Positions 1 to 10,782 of a stretch of 64,000 bases of DNA are shown in pieces; the stretch's first letter is position 1, and each line of letters starts with the position of its first letter. This DNA is from Methanobacteriota archaeon. Lineage in GTDB: Archaea; Methanobacteriota; Methanobacteria; Methanobacteriales; Methanobacteriaceae. The stretch spans positions 310,398 through 374,397 of the forward strand of contig CAWBCJ010000025.1 in the NCBI GenBank assembly GCA_963787255.1, given 5' to 3'. Made by a program: the position numbers and the translations under genes. Below the pieces are notes generated by a model. That model searched no databases and was not told the DNA's origin. It worked only from the letters and a program-made list of their open reading frames with translations.

Positions 1-66
1 AAGTTAATTATATGTAATTTTTTTAAAATGTATTTCAATTAATTTATCTTTTATGAAATTTATCCT

Positions 67-1431
67 GTGATTAAAATGGTTTCAGATCCTCAAAAAAATT
101 ATGCATTAATTGTAGCTGTTATAGCTTCATTTATAACTCCATTTGTAGGTTCTTCTATTAACGTGGCCTTACCAGCAATTGCTGCAGAATTTCAAATTAA
201 TGCAATATTATTAAGCTGGATTCCAACATCATACTTACTGGCTTTAGCTGTATTCCTCGTTCCTTTTGGTAGAATTGCAGATATATGGGGTAGAAAAAGA
301 ATATTTACCTATGGAATAATAATATTTACTATTGCCTCATTTATATCCGTATTTTCGATTTCTGGAGAGATGCTAATAATTTTAAGAATTTTCCAGGGTC
401 TTGGAAGTGCCATGATTTTTGGAAACCTTTTTGCAATAATAGCATCTGTTTTTCCAGCAAATGAAAGAGGTAGAGCTCTTGGAATAACTTTAATTGGCGT
501 TTTTTTAGGTCTTTTTTTAGGCCCAGTATTAGGAGGTATTTTAACACAGAATTTTGGGTGGAGAAGCATTTTTTTATTTAACGTACCCATTGGAATAATT
601 TCAATAATCGCTCTAATGAGACTCAAAGGTGAATGGGCAGAATGCAAAGGGGAAAAATTCGATATAATTGGATCAATAATTTTAGGAATAACTTTAATCA
701 CCCTAATGTATGGATTTTCCCTACTTCCAGATATAAATGGAATTCTTTTAATTCCCGCAGGTTTATTTGGCCTAATTATATTTGTTATTGTAGAAAGAAA
801 AATAGAAAGCCCTGTTTTAGATGTGAATATATTTAAAAACAAGTCTTTCACCTCAAATAACATTGCAGCATTTATTAATTACAGCTCAGGAATTTCAATA
901 GTTTTTCTTCTAAGTCTTTATTTGCAGTATATTAAAGGATTAAATCCCCAAAGTGCAGGATTAATTCTTGCAGTTCAACCTATATGCATGACAATCTTTT
1001 CACCATTTGCAGGTAATCTATCAGATAAAGTAGAGCCAAGAAAAATTGCATCTGTTGGAATGGTATTTACTGCAGTTGGTTTATTGGTTTTTACTTTTAT
1101 TAATGAGACAACAAGCACATGGATCATCGCAGCAGGGCTTATTTTTATTGGAATTGGTTTTGCTCTCTTTTCATCTCCTAATACCAATGCTGTAATTAGT
1201 TCCATTGAAGAAAAATATTACGGAGTGGCCTCTGCTACTTTAACTACAGTTCGTGTTATGGGCCAGATGTTTGGAATGGGAATTACCATGCTGGTGCTGG
1301 CTGTAATATTAGGGAATGCAGATATTACTAGCAGTAACTACAGCATGTTTTTAGAAAGTTCGCAGATTTCATTTGGCATATTTACAGCTTTAAGTTTTAT
1401 GGGAGCATTTTTATCCTTGATAAAGAACTAA
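67..1431 (+). CDS. MFS transporter, DHA2 (EmrB/QacA-like) family
   Basis: About 14 hydrophobic segments; motif A (FGRIADIWGRKR); GPVLGG motif C; ATG at 76 is a likely start. Confidence 0.9.
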   Translation: MIKMVSDPQKNYALIVAVIASFITPFVGSSINVALPAIAAEFQINAILLSWIPTSYLLALAVFLVPFGRIADIWGRKRIFTYGIIIFTIASFISVFSISGEMLIILRIFQGLGSAMIFGNLFAIIASVFPANERGRALGITLIGVFLGLFLGPVLGGILTQNFGWRSIFLFNVPIGIISIIALMRLKGEWAECKGEKFDIIGSIILGITLITLMYGFSLLPDINGILLIPAGLFGLIIFVIVERKIESPVLDVNIFKNKSFTSNNIAAFINYSSGISIVFLLSLYLQYIKGLNPQSAGLILAVQPICMTIFSPFAGNLSDKVEPRKIASVGMVFTAVGLLVFTFINETTSTWIIAAGLIFIGIGFALFSSPNTNAVISSIEEKYYGVASATLTTVRVMGQMFGMGITMLVLAVILGNADITSSNYSMFLESSQISFGIFTALSFMGAFLSLIKN

Positions 1432-1500
1432 TAAAAGTATTTAATCAGTCATAAAACTATAATGTATTATTATATTTAATGTTGCTATAAAACAATAATA

Positions 1501-2112
1501 ATGAAAAATAAGCACAAAGAAATCATCAGAAAAATGGTATGGGATTCATTAACTGATAATAATTTGTCTTTATCTCCCAAACCAGCTCATGGTCGAATAC
1601 CAAACTTTAAAGGCTCAACTGCAGCAGCTAAATTACTTAAAACCACTGAAGAGTGGAAAAAGTCTAAAGTAATTTTTTCAAGTCCTGATTCTACGCTGAA
1701 AAAAGTACGTGAATATGCTTTAAAGGATAAAAAGGTTTTAATAATGGCATCACCAAAGTTAAAAAAAGGATATCTTTTAATTAATCCTATTGACACTTTA
1801 AAGATGGAAAAAACAGCCTCTACTATTGATGGGGCTTTTAAATTTGGAAAACCTGTTAAGAATTTTCCCAAAGTTGATATGGTAGTAGAAGGCTCTGTAG
1901 CTGTTGATTTAAATGGTAATAGGCTAGGGAAAGGCGGAGGATATGGAGATATGGAAATATCTCATCTTTATCACCAAAAAGCAATAGATAATAAAACATC
2001 TATAGTAACAACTGTTCATGAAATGCAGATTATAGATAAAGTCCCTACTGAAGATCATGATGAAAAAATAGATATGATCGTGACACCTACACGCGTAATT
2101 AAGGTAAATTAA
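1501..2112 (+). CDS. 5-formyltetrahydrofolate cyclo-ligase family protein (MTHFSD-like)
   Basis: GRIPNFKG, GSVAVD..GNRLGKGGGYGD and HD..D.IVTP motifs. Confidence 0.85.
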   Translation: MKNKHKEIIRKMVWDSLTDNNLSLSPKPAHGRIPNFKGSTAAAKLLKTTEEWKKSKVIFSSPDSTLKKVREYALKDKKVLIMASPKLKKGYLLINPIDTLKMEKTASTIDGAFKFGKPVKNFPKVDMVVEGSVAVDLNGNRLGKGGGYGDMEISHLYHQKAIDNKTSIVTTVHEMQIIDKVPTEDHDEKIDMIVTPTRVIKVN

Positions 2113-2331
2113 CGTGCATTATACTATTAGGGGATGTGGTCTTATTAATTTTATACTATATTTCCATTTAGTTTCAACATTTTTTTTTATGTTGAATATT
2201 GCATTAAAATTTGCTTTTACTCGTTACTATGGTTATTGTAATTGCATTTAAGGCTATATTATTGCTTCTTTGAATATTAAAGAAGCTAAAATTACTTTGA
2301 AGTATAAAAATTAATATTTATTCGTTTTTTT

Positions 2332-2544
2332 TTAGAAATTATTTTCTTTAATTTTCTTTATTTCATCTATCCACTGTTCGCTTTTTTTTAGATTTTCTTT
2401 AATTGATTTTAAATCGTTAAAAAATTCATCAAAACTTTCTGCAGATATGACTATAACTACTTCGCCTTTATCAAATAGTGAATGATTCTTAAGCGTTACT
2501 CCTTCAGGGCCTACAAATCCAACTGTTGTCTTTAAATTGTTCAT
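2332..2544 (-). CDS. Small hypothetical protein
   Basis: 70-aa ORF with AGGAG RBS, directly downstream of the ferritin-like gene. Confidence 0.6.
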   Translation of the reverse strand: MNNLKTTVGFVGPEGVTLKNHSLFDKGEVVIVISAESFDEFFNDLKSIKENLKKSEQWIDEIKKIKENNF

Positions 2545-2572
2545 TTAATTCTCCTTTTATCTCAAATATGAA

Positions 2573-2986
2573 TTAGAGGCTTTCCAGTTTTTCAAGCCTC
2601 ATTTTAAATTCTTTTCTGTGCCTTTTTTCCTCATCAAGAATATGTTTTAAGACTCCTACAACTTCTTCGTCATCAATTGACTCAATATGCTGCTTGTAGA
2701 GATTTATTCCTTCAGATTCAAGTTTTATCTGCATTTCTAATTGAGATTTTAGGTCATCACCGCCAAAATCAAGTTCCTTGTGTTCCATGGTTGGTTTCCC
2801 GCCTCTTTTAACAATAAGTTCAGCCAGCCACCACATGTGACGCATTTCATCCACTGAAATAGCCTCAGTCACCCTGCTTGGGTCACAAGGTTCCATTATA
2901 AATGAATTTCGGGTGTAAACCATGGTTGCTTCAAGTTCCCTTACAAAATGATGGTTCAATATTTTTAATAGTTCATCATTTTCCAT
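2573..2986 (-). CDS. Ferritin-like (bacterioferritin/rubrerythrin) di-iron protein
   Basis: E..ExxH pairs (DEMRH, EEKRH); start taken at MENDELLK after a G-rich RBS. Confidence 0.8.
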   Translation of the reverse strand: MENDELLKILNHHFVRELEATMVYTRNSFIMEPCDPSRVTEAISVDEMRHMWWLAELIVKRGGKPTMEHKELDFGGDDLKSQLEMQIKLESEGINLYKQHIESIDDEEVVGVLKHILDEEKRHRKEFKMRLEKLESL

Positions 2987-3121
2987 TACAAGCCCCCCTA
3001 TTATTACTGAATTATATATATTGCTATACATTTTAAACATTTTTATATTTAATGCGCAATAACTAGAAAGTCCTCTAAAAGCAGCGAAAATGCATATGTT
3101 TAAAAATAAATGCCCTATATC

Positions 3122-3520
3122 TTATTCTCCTATTACAGTAACTTCTATTTTCCTTAACCTGCCTGATGTATCTGCTTCTATAAAAAATAGATCCTGCCAG
3201 GTCCCTCTTATTACTCTACCATTCCTAATAGGTAATGTTTTATCTGGTGCGAGTAGCATTGATCTTAAATGTGAATGGGCATTTTCACCATGCAGCCATC
3301 CTTCCTTAGGCGTTATATTATCCAAGAGTTTTTCAATATCTTTTCTTAAATTACTTTCAAGTTCAGTTAAAGCAAACACAGCAGTTGCATGTGGTGCGAA
3401 AACATGGACAATGCCATTTTTAATACCAGATTCCTGGACTACACTTTCAACTTTATGGGTTAAATCAATTATATCTCCAGGATTATCGGTTTCTATATGT
3501 ATTGTTTTTGTAAATATCAT
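3122..3520 (-). CDS. YjbQ/UPF0047 family protein
   Basis: HATA, NAHSHLRS and GTWQ..F.E.D motifs. Confidence 0.9.
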   Translation of the reverse strand: MIFTKTIHIETDNPGDIIDLTHKVESVVQESGIKNGIVHVFAPHATAVFALTELESNLRKDIEKLLDNITPKEGWLHGENAHSHLRSMLLAPDKTLPIRNGRVIRGTWQDLFFIEADTSGRLRKIEVTVIGE

Positions 3521-3848
3521 ATTATAACACCTCTAAAAGGACTAAATAGTCTATTTTTCATATAACTCACATACTATTAAAATGGCACATTTAATAAAAC
3601 TAGATCTGTTTAAAATAATATTTTAGTTTTTCTAACCTTCTTTGAAGATTTTTTCAAAATGATGCAAAAATTTCACACACCATAACTGAATAAAAATGAT
3701 CTGGAATAGGTCTTGCAATCACTAAAAAAAAATAATTGAAAAAGCATGGTGGAAGAGTTTAGGGTTGAATCAAAACCCTGTTTTGAATCAACTTTTCTAT
3801 TTCACTTTGCCAATTCTTTCAAATTAGTGAATTTGTGTCAAATTTTAA

Positions 3849-4574
3849 TTATTTATAGTCTAGATTGCCTCCAGTATAATATTTTTGAAGTTCTGATGCA
3901 TGTTGTAACTCAAAATTCCTGTAAGGATCATATATATAAGGGAATATCATACCATAGGCTGTATACACATATGCTGGTATTATACCATATTCTTTTCTTA
4001 ATATATGGAAAAATAGTGGAAACCCACAACCTGGATTAATTATAGGACTTCCTCCTCGTGCTGTTCCATGCCAAACCATAGGAATAGGGCCTTTTTGTCC
4101 ATGTTCACTTGCAAGTTCATAAACATGTTCCATTGCCTCATCATAAGTATCAAATACTTTTCCATCAGACTTAAATTTATACCTGCTATCTGGAATACCA
4201 AATATTGCTACTTTAATAGAATCTATCCAATTAATTTCAGTTGTTGCACCCTCTCCTTGAGTATCTATAAACGCGAGCTCTATTATATATGCATTCCCAT
4301 CATTGTAATTAACTCCCTCATCGTTTTCAGTTTCTTTATAGCTTCGATAGTTAGAACTCCCTGCAAAATGCACAACAAGCACACACTTTGAGTCTCTTTC
4401 TTCAGCATATTTTGCTAAAAGTTCAGAATGGGGATGACCAGGATACATATCTGGATTAGCAAATTTAACAAATCCTAATCTTCCTAAAGGTTCTATAGGA
4501 CCACTAGAAACTGTTATGTAAGAATAACCTATAATAATTGATACAATGGCCACTATGACCAATATCCATTTCAT
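3849..4574 (-). CDS. Hypothetical membrane-anchored protein
   Basis: 241-aa ORF with an N-terminal hydrophobic helix; follows feoB on the same strand. Confidence 0.7.
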   Translation of the reverse strand: MKWILVIVAIVSIIIGYSYITVSSGPIEPLGRLGFVKFANPDMYPGHPHSELLAKYAEERDSKCVLVVHFAGSSNYRSYKETENDEGVNYNDGNAYIIELAFIDTQGEGATTEINWIDSIKVAIFGIPDSRYKFKSDGKVFDTYDEAMEHVYELASEHGQKGPIPMVWHGTARGGSPIINPGCGFPLFFHILRKEYGIIPAYVYTAYGMIFPYIYDPYRNFELQHASELQKYYTGGNLDYK

Positions 4575-4637
4575 ATTATTTTCATCTCCTTAATTAAATC
4601 TTAAGTTTAAACTATGGTAAATATAATAATTTTCTTT

Positions 4638-6626
4638 TTAGTAAACTAAACTAAGTAATCTGTAAGCTATTCCCCCAGCAATGATTGCTGTTGCAAAATT
4701 GGCAAATGTAATCATTCCAGCAGATTTCCACCCGAATTCCCTTGCAAGAACGGCAATTGTAGAAGCACAAGGCAAATATAGCATTGCTACCAGTGCAAGT
4801 ACAATAAACTGTGTAGGTGTGAGCACTAATGCCAGGTTGGTACCGAAAAAGGCTACAAGCATTAAAAGTATGAATTCTTTTCTAATAGCACCAAATATAA
4901 GAAGAACACCCGCTACTGCTGGAAGTCCAAGCCACCACACTGTTAAGGGAGTTAAAAAATTGCTTATAGGTGTTAAAATACCAAGTACATAAAGCGCCTG
5001 TACAAATGCTGTTCCAAATATATAAATAGGCAGTACGAGATATAATAAAGATTTAGTTCTAACCCAAGTTTGTTTAGCAATTACTGTTAATGTAGGCACC
5101 TTAAATGAGTGCATTTCCATTATTAAACCTGTAGATTCTCCAGGAACTAATTTTAATGCAATTCTACCCAATATAAATATCAATAAAAGATCAATTACAT
5201 AAAGCGCCAACGCCCACCATACATTAACAAAAACCGCCACAAGGCCAAGTATCACAATAGTTCTGGCTGCACATGGCGCAAATGTGATAGCAAATGAAGC
5301 AAGTAAACGTTCTCTACGCGTTTCAAGGATCCTTGTACTATCAATTGCAGGTACATTACATCCATATCCTAATATCAGCGGTATCAATGCTTTTCCGTGC
5401 AAACCTATTTTATGCATTGCACTATCCATCATAAAAGCTACCCTAGTTAAGATTCCTGAATTTTCAATTGCACTGAGCATAAGGTAAAAAGGGATCACAA
5501 AAGGTATAATCAGAGTTATTCCAGCAACTAAACCACCTACAGCACCATTCCATATTATGCTAACCAATGGTCCACTAACTTGTGGATCAACTGGCTGAAA
5601 AAAGCTGAACGCTTCAGTTAGAAGACCCGAAAAGAAATTACCAACTACAAATGTCCATAAAAGTAAACCACCTACCACCATAACAGCAACAACATATCCA
5701 AAATATCTATCTGTGGCTAATCTATCCAGTTTTTCTGATAACGAAATCTTTATTTCACTTTGAACCTGTGCTCCAGCTGCTATCATGTTTGCCAGTGCAT
5801 ATCTTTCAGATGCAATAACAGAAAAGGAAGGTTCATTATGTATTTCTTCAATTTCACGTGCCAATTGAAATGATTTTTGTACAACTTCCGGAGATTTCTC
5901 TTCCACCATTTTTTTTATTTCCGGATCGTTTTCTAAGAGTTTTATGGCAATCCATCGGGAAGGATATCCTAAATTAAGATTTTTTGAATTAATTAGTTTT
6001 GAAAGATTATCAACTCTATTTTCAACTTCTGCACCATATTCAATTTGATTTTTCTTAATATTTTTTATCTTTTCCTCGTAATTTATTACGGTATCCATTA
6101 ATTCGCGTAATCCTTCGCCCCTAACAGCTATTGTAGACACAACAGGAACTCCAAGTGCTGCTTGAAGTTTTTCAATATCAATAATAATTCCTTTTTGCTT
6201 TGCAATGTCAATCTGGTTTATGCAGACCAATAATGGAACTTCCATTTCAAGAAGCTGCATGGTGAAAAAAAGATTTCTTTCTAATACAGCAGCGTCAACA
6301 ACGTTAATAACAACATCTGGGTTTTCAAAGGCAATATATTCTCTTGAAACAATTTCTTCCATGGAGAATGTTGAAAATGAATAAATACCAGGTAAATCAA
6401 CAACGTTGATTTCGTGGCCTTCAAAATTGAGTTTTCCTTCAGCCCTTTCAATGGTTTTACCTGGCCAGTTTCCAACAATTTGATTGGAACCGGTTATTTC
6501 GTTAAAAATAACACTTTTACCAACGTTTGCATTTCCTGCAAGTGCAATGGTTAATTTTTTTGAATTTTTATCTACCTGTGAAGATTTAAAGGGATTTTTT
6601 CTTCCTAATATGTCCAATATCAGCAC
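4638..6626 (-). CDS. feoB: Ferrous iron transporter FeoB
   Basis: [18 protein letters not shown] GTPase motifs followed by a membrane domain with GCNVP and PC gate motifs. Confidence 0.95.
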   Translation of the reverse strand: MLILDILGRKNPFKSSQVDKNSKKLTIALAGNANVGKSVIFNEITGSNQIVGNWPGKTIERAEGKLNFEGHEINVVDLPGIYSFSTFSMEEIVSREYIAFENPDVVINVVDAAVLERNLFFTMQLLEMEVPLLVCINQIDIAKQKGIIIDIEKLQAALGVPVVSTIAVRGEGLRELMDTVINYEEKIKNIKKNQIEYGAEVENRVDNLSKLINSKNLNLGYPSRWIAIKLLENDPEIKKMVEEKSPEVVQKSFQLAREIEEIHNEPSFSVIASERYALANMIAAGAQVQSEIKISLSEKLDRLATDRYFGYVVAVMVVGGLLLWTFVVGNFFSGLLTEAFSFFQPVDPQVSGPLVSIIWNGAVGGLVAGITLIIPFVIPFYLMLSAIENSGILTRVAFMMDSAMHKIGLHGKALIPLILGYGCNVPAIDSTRILETRRERLLASFAITFAPCAARTIVILGLVAVFVNVWWALALYVIDLLLIFILGRIALKLVPGESTGLIMEMHSFKVPTLTVIAKQTWVRTKSLLYLVLPIYIFGTAFVQALYVLGILTPISNFLTPLTVWWLGLPAVAGVLLIFGAIRKEFILLMLVAFFGTNLALVLTPTQFIVLALVAMLYLPCASTIAVLAREFGWKSAGMITFANFATAIIAGGIAYRLLSLVY

Positions 6627-7355
6627 CCCGCCTCTTCACAGGCTTCAACAAATACATTTGATGCTATATCATGCCCTATTGCCAGTTTAGATCCTCTAAC
6701 TGCAACTTCAACTGGCCCGCCGAGTGGAGCAACTTTTATAACGCTTACTATTGCCCCTATAGTGATTCCCATGTCTAATAGTCTTCTAATTACGTTATAA
6801 TCTCCTCTTATAAAACTTACTTTGGCATTATTCTCTTCTTTAAGGTCGAGTATGGAAATAAGGTTTTGATTACGTTTTCCTACTTCTTCGATGTCGTCTT
6901 CTTTTCTTTGTAAGCACTCTTCACAGCTGGTAAATTTTAAATCGCATTCTGGGTATAATGCTTTCTCCTGGACATGTATCAGGATGTTCTAAAAGGTGGC
7001 ATAGAGCTCTTTCGGCATCGTCAGATAGTGAATGTTCCATGTCACATGCTTGTTTGTGGATTTTTTCCTTTCTAATTTTTAAAACATCGCAGAGAAATCT
7101 TTCAAGCAATCGGTGTTTTCGAGTGATTTTTTTTGCTATTTTTAGACCATCTTTAGTTAATATTGCACCTTTATATGGTGAGTATTGTACATAACCTTTT
7201 TTTGATAATTTTTTTAGCATCTGAGTGGCACTGGCCGGTGCGATTTTTAATTTTTCTGAAATTTGTGATGTGGAGACCATTTCTCCATTGGGACTGAGTT
7301 TATATAGGATTTCGAGGTATTCTTCAACGTTTTCACTTAGATTTTTTTCGGACAT
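6620..7355 (-). CDS. DtxR/MntR-family metal-dependent regulator with C-terminal FeoA domain (one frameshift near 6952)
   Basis: [18 protein letters not shown] motifs; removing one C of the CCC run gives [13 protein letters not shown]...RRLLDMGIT...[19 protein letters not shown] (FeoA), ending at TGA 6620. Confidence 0.85.
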
Positions 7356-7369
7356 TTAGGTTCACCTAA
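7356..7369. promoter_or_regulatory. Putative DtxR-family operator TTAGG-TTCA-CCTAA overlapping the RBS
   Basis: Palindrome directly before the regulator start codon; resembles the TTAGGTTAACCTAA MntR/SirR box. Confidence 0.6.
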
Positions 7370-7413
7370 TATTTCATTAGTTATATTTAACTTCATATTG
7401 TATGTATATATAT

Positions 7414-7431
7414 TTTTTGGTATGCCTAAAA
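7414..7431. promoter_or_regulatory. Second putative DtxR-family operator TTTTTGG-TATG-CCTAAAA
   Basis: One-mismatch palindrome with the same 4-nt spacer, adjacent to a TATA-like tract. Confidence 0.55.
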
Positions 7432-7537
7432 ATTTATTTAAGAATTACAGATAAATTAAAATAATAAATATAATAAAAATAGTAATACAATGATATTTTT
7501 TTTAATATCATTTGATAGAAAAAGTAGGAGGGGCATC

Positions 7538-7771
7538 ATGAAAATAGCAGACGAATTAAAAGGTAAAGAAGTTTTAAACGAAGAAGGAGATAAAATTGGA
7601 GAAATAAGCGATGTAGATTGGAATCCAAATACAAACATGGTTGAAACTATAATCATAACCGAAGGAGGAACTTCAGCAAAAATCGGAATAGGCAAAAAAA
7701 GAGAAATATCATTCAATAATATTAAAACAATTGGAGAAAAAGTTCTTCTAAAAGACAAAGGAATGATGTAA
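7538..7771 (+). CDS. Single PRC-barrel domain protein
   Basis: ELKGKEVLNEEGDKIGEISDV...I.FNNIKTIGEKVLL pattern; GGAGG RBS before ATG 7538. Confidence 0.85.
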   Translation: MKIADELKGKEVLNEEGDKIGEISDVDWNPNTNMVETIIITEGGTSAKIGIGKKREISFNNIKTIGEKVLLKDKGMM

Positions 7772-8062
7772 AACATTTTTAATAATTTCTTTCTCTTTTT
7801 TTATACTTAAAATGACTAAATTTATATTTCAAATCCACATTAACTTATTTTCAAAGAAATATTTCTTAATTTTCCGAAATAAATATAAATAAGCTAAAGA
7901 AAATTTTAGTTTATATAAAATTTCTATGTTTGATAATAAAAAAAATCATGTCTTATATATTTAAAGCATTCACACTAATATCAACCTTAAAAACTCCTAA
8001 TAACTAATTAAATAAACCATAGAAATAAAAAAAACTAAGATATAATATAAAAAATCTCTAAG

Positions 8063-8548
8063 GTGTATAATAATATGAACAGAATAGATATTAGAGCAAC
8101 AATACTAATAAGCGTTATATTAGGTGTTATACTACTATCTATCCTTGGAATAAGCGGAATATTTTCTTTAATCATTTTAGGATTTGTAGCAACATATTTA
8201 ACAGTTCCAAACCAGAGAAGCTATAAAGTTGGGGGAATAGCCGGAATCATTCTTGGATTTTTAATTTTTATTTACGGTTTGTTTATTTCACCCACCCTAC
8301 CCGTAGATCCACCCAGTTTATCAGGATTAATTATGATTAACCTAGAATTAAGCGGTATTTTCACATTAATTTTAGGATTAATTATATCAATTTTAGTTTG
8401 CTATCTATTTGGATCTCTTGGAGGTTTAATTGCTCAAAAAATACTTAAAAAGAAGATAAATAAACCAAAGGGACACATTAGAAGAAGTAAAGGCAAAAAA
8501 ACTAATAAAGCACCAAGAAAAACTCTAAATAAAACTTACAAAAATTAA
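8063..8548 (+). CDS. Small membrane protein (DUF5518-like)
   Basis: Four Gly-rich TM helices and a basic tail. Confidence 0.65.
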   Translation: MYNNMNRIDIRATILISVILGVILLSILGISGIFSLIILGFVATYLTVPNQRSYKVGGIAGIILGFLIFIYGLFISPTLPVDPPSLSGLIMINLELSGIFTLILGLIISILVCYLFGSLGGLIAQKILKKKINKPKGHIRRSKGKKTNKAPRKTLNKTYKN

Positions 8549-8570
8549 TAAAAATAAACGGTTATCATTC

Positions 8571-9767
8571 ATGAAAGCAATAATAGTAGGATCTGGAGCA
8601 GGTGGAGGAACTGTTGCAAAAGAACTCTCCAAAAATGGGATTTCAACAACCATAATTGAAAAAGGACCATTTACAAAAGTAAAACATGCCCATAAATATT
8701 ACGACATAATGAATGTAGGAACAGAAGTATCAAGAACTCTTTGTGTGGGCGGTACTACTCTTGTAACAGCAGGAAACGCTGTAAGAACGTGCGAAGACTT
8801 TTTTAGAAAAATTGGAATTAATTTAACTTCTGAATTTGAAGAAATTGAACAGGAACTATGTATTAATGTCCTTCCAGATACTCATTTTGGAGAAGGAACA
8901 AAAAAAATAATGAAAGCTGCAGATTATTTTGGATTTGAAATTCAGAAAATGCCCAAATTCATTAATCCTGATTTGTGTAAGCCCTGCGGTAAATGCGTAT
9001 TCGGCTGCCCACAAGATGCAAAATGGACAAGTGCAGATTTTATAGAAGAAGCAGAAAGAAATGGGGCAAGAATCATAGAAAATACTCCAGTTACGGATAT
9101 AATTATTTCTAATGGAATGGTTAAAGGAGTGAAAAGCCAAGACAAGATATTTGAAGCAGATGTTGTAATTCTATCTGCAGGAGCAATTGGAACTCCTCGA
9201 TTACTTCAAAAAGCAGGAATAGATGCTGGAAATAACCTTTTTGTTGATACTTTCGTTACTGTTGGTGGAATGCTTAAAAATATTAAATTTAACAATGAAG
9301 TAGCCATGAACGCCCTCATTAAACTGGATAATATTGTTATGGCACCTCACTATTCAGAAATCCTTGTCAAAAAGCTTCAAGGATATAAAGCCCGGAAAAA
9401 AGACATCCTTGGAATGATGATTAAAATTAAAGACGAACCTTCAGGCAAAGTAACTCTAACCGAGGTAATAAAATACAATACTGCAAATGATGTAGCACTA
9501 TTAGCAGAAGGATCAGCAATTGCAGGTTCAATTTTAACTGAAGCGGGAGTAGATCCAAAAACACTGGTATCTACATATGCAAGAGGTGCACACCCCGGTG
9601 GAACTGCTGCAATTGGCCAAGTAGTTAATAAAAACTTAGAAACAGAAATAGAAGGACTTTATGTAGCTGATGCGAGCGTATTTCCTGAAGCTCCAGGCGC
9701 ACCTCCAATTCTTACCATTATAGCATTAGCAAAAAGACTTTCAAAGCACCTTTTTGAAGAAAAATAA
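8571..9767 (+). CDS. GMC-family FAD oxidoreductase
   Basis: GSGAGG Rossmann motif, [38 protein letters not shown]. Confidence 0.88.
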   Translation: MKAIIVGSGAGGGTVAKELSKNGISTTIIEKGPFTKVKHAHKYYDIMNVGTEVSRTLCVGGTTLVTAGNAVRTCEDFFRKIGINLTSEFEEIEQELCINVLPDTHFGEGTKKIMKAADYFGFEIQKMPKFINPDLCKPCGKCVFGCPQDAKWTSADFIEEAERNGARIIENTPVTDIIISNGMVKGVKSQDKIFEADVVILSAGAIGTPRLLQKAGIDAGNNLFVDTFVTVGGMLKNIKFNNEVAMNALIKLDNIVMAPHYSEILVKKLQGYKARKKDILGMMIKIKDEPSGKVTLTEVIKYNTANDVALLAEGSAIAGSILTEAGVDPKTLVSTYARGAHPGGTAAIGQVVNKNLETEIEGLYVADASVFPEAPGAPPILTIIALAKRLSKHLFEEK

Positions 9768-9831
9768 AAATACAAGAATATTATTCAACTCCGTAAAACT
9801 AATTTTATGGTGATTAAAAAAATGCCTTTGG

Positions 9832-9883
9832 TTAAAATAGATAAGATAAATTCTTAATCTCTAGGCTGATTTTTACTCATAAC
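9832..9883 (+). repeat. Direct repeat, copy A (about 52 bp)
   Basis: TTAAAATAGATAAGATAAATTCTTAATCTCTAGGCTGATTTTTACTCATAAC; 47/52 identical by eye to 13974-14025. Confidence 0.8.
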
Positions 9884-9925
9884 ATATTCAATTAAAGTAT
9901 TAAAAAAAAAATGGCCTCTTCATTT

Positions 9926-10747
9926 TTATTTTATACCGAGAACATCTTCCATATCACTTATTTTTCCTTCAGGAGCTCCAACAACATATCTTACTGCTTT
10001 AATTATCCCCGTTACAAATGCCTGTCTGCTATGCGCTCTGTGGACAATTTCAATTCGCTCTCCTTCGCCTGCAAAAAGTACAGTATGATCTCCAACGATA
10101 TCCCCACCACGAACTGCATGCATTCCTATTTCTCCTTCCGTTCGTGCACCTACAATTCCCTGCCTACCATAGACACAAGTTTCATCTTTATTTCTTCCAA
10201 GTGCCTCAGCTATGATTTCATAAGCTTTAACAGCAGTTCCTGAAGGTGCATCCACTTTATGTTTATGATGAGCTTCTATTATCTCAATATCATAATCATT
10301 AAGAATCTTTGCAAGGTCTTTAATGATTTTAAAGAACACATTCATACCTACTGCCATGTTTGGAGCAATAACTGCTTTTATCTTATTTTCTTCGATTGAT
10401 TCTTTTATCAAGGCCATTTGCTCGTCTGAAAATCCAGTTGTACCTACAACTACATTAACTCCACATTCTGCTGAAGTTTTGATTGTATCCACAGCTGCAT
10501 TTGCTATAGTAAAATCAACAAGAACATCAGGTTTCTTTTCCTTTAAAACCTCAGCAAGCTTTTGTGCACCATTTATTGGGACACCTATTTTTCCAACACC
10601 TATTACTTCACCTATATCTTCTCCCTCAAGAGGAGTGTTAGGTGCTCCTATAGCTGCCACAACTTCCATATCTTCCTGTTTAAGTATAGTTTTAATTATT
10701 TTAGAACTTATTCTTCCGCCTGCGCCGGTTACAGCTATTTTAATCAT
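9926..10747 (-). CDS. dapB: 4-hydroxy-tetrahydrodipicolinate reductase (atypical N-terminal motif)
   Basis: DFT, VGTTG, APNM, EAHHKHKVDAPSGTA and RGGDIVGDH motifs. Confidence 0.9.
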   Translation of the reverse strand: MIKIAVTGAGGRISSKIIKTILKQEDMEVVAAIGAPNTPLEGEDIGEVIGVGKIGVPINGAQKLAEVLKEKKPDVLVDFTIANAAVDTIKTSAECGVNVVVGTTGFSDEQMALIKESIEENKIKAVIAPNMAVGMNVFFKIIKDLAKILNDYDIEIIEAHHKHKVDAPSGTAVKAYEIIAEALGRNKDETCVYGRQGIVGARTEGEIGMHAVRGGDIVGDHTVLFAGEGERIEIVHRAHSRQAFVTGIIKAVRYVVGAPEGKISDMEDVLGIK

Positions 10748-10782
10748 CTTATCAATCTCCCGTTAAAAATAAAAATAAGAAG

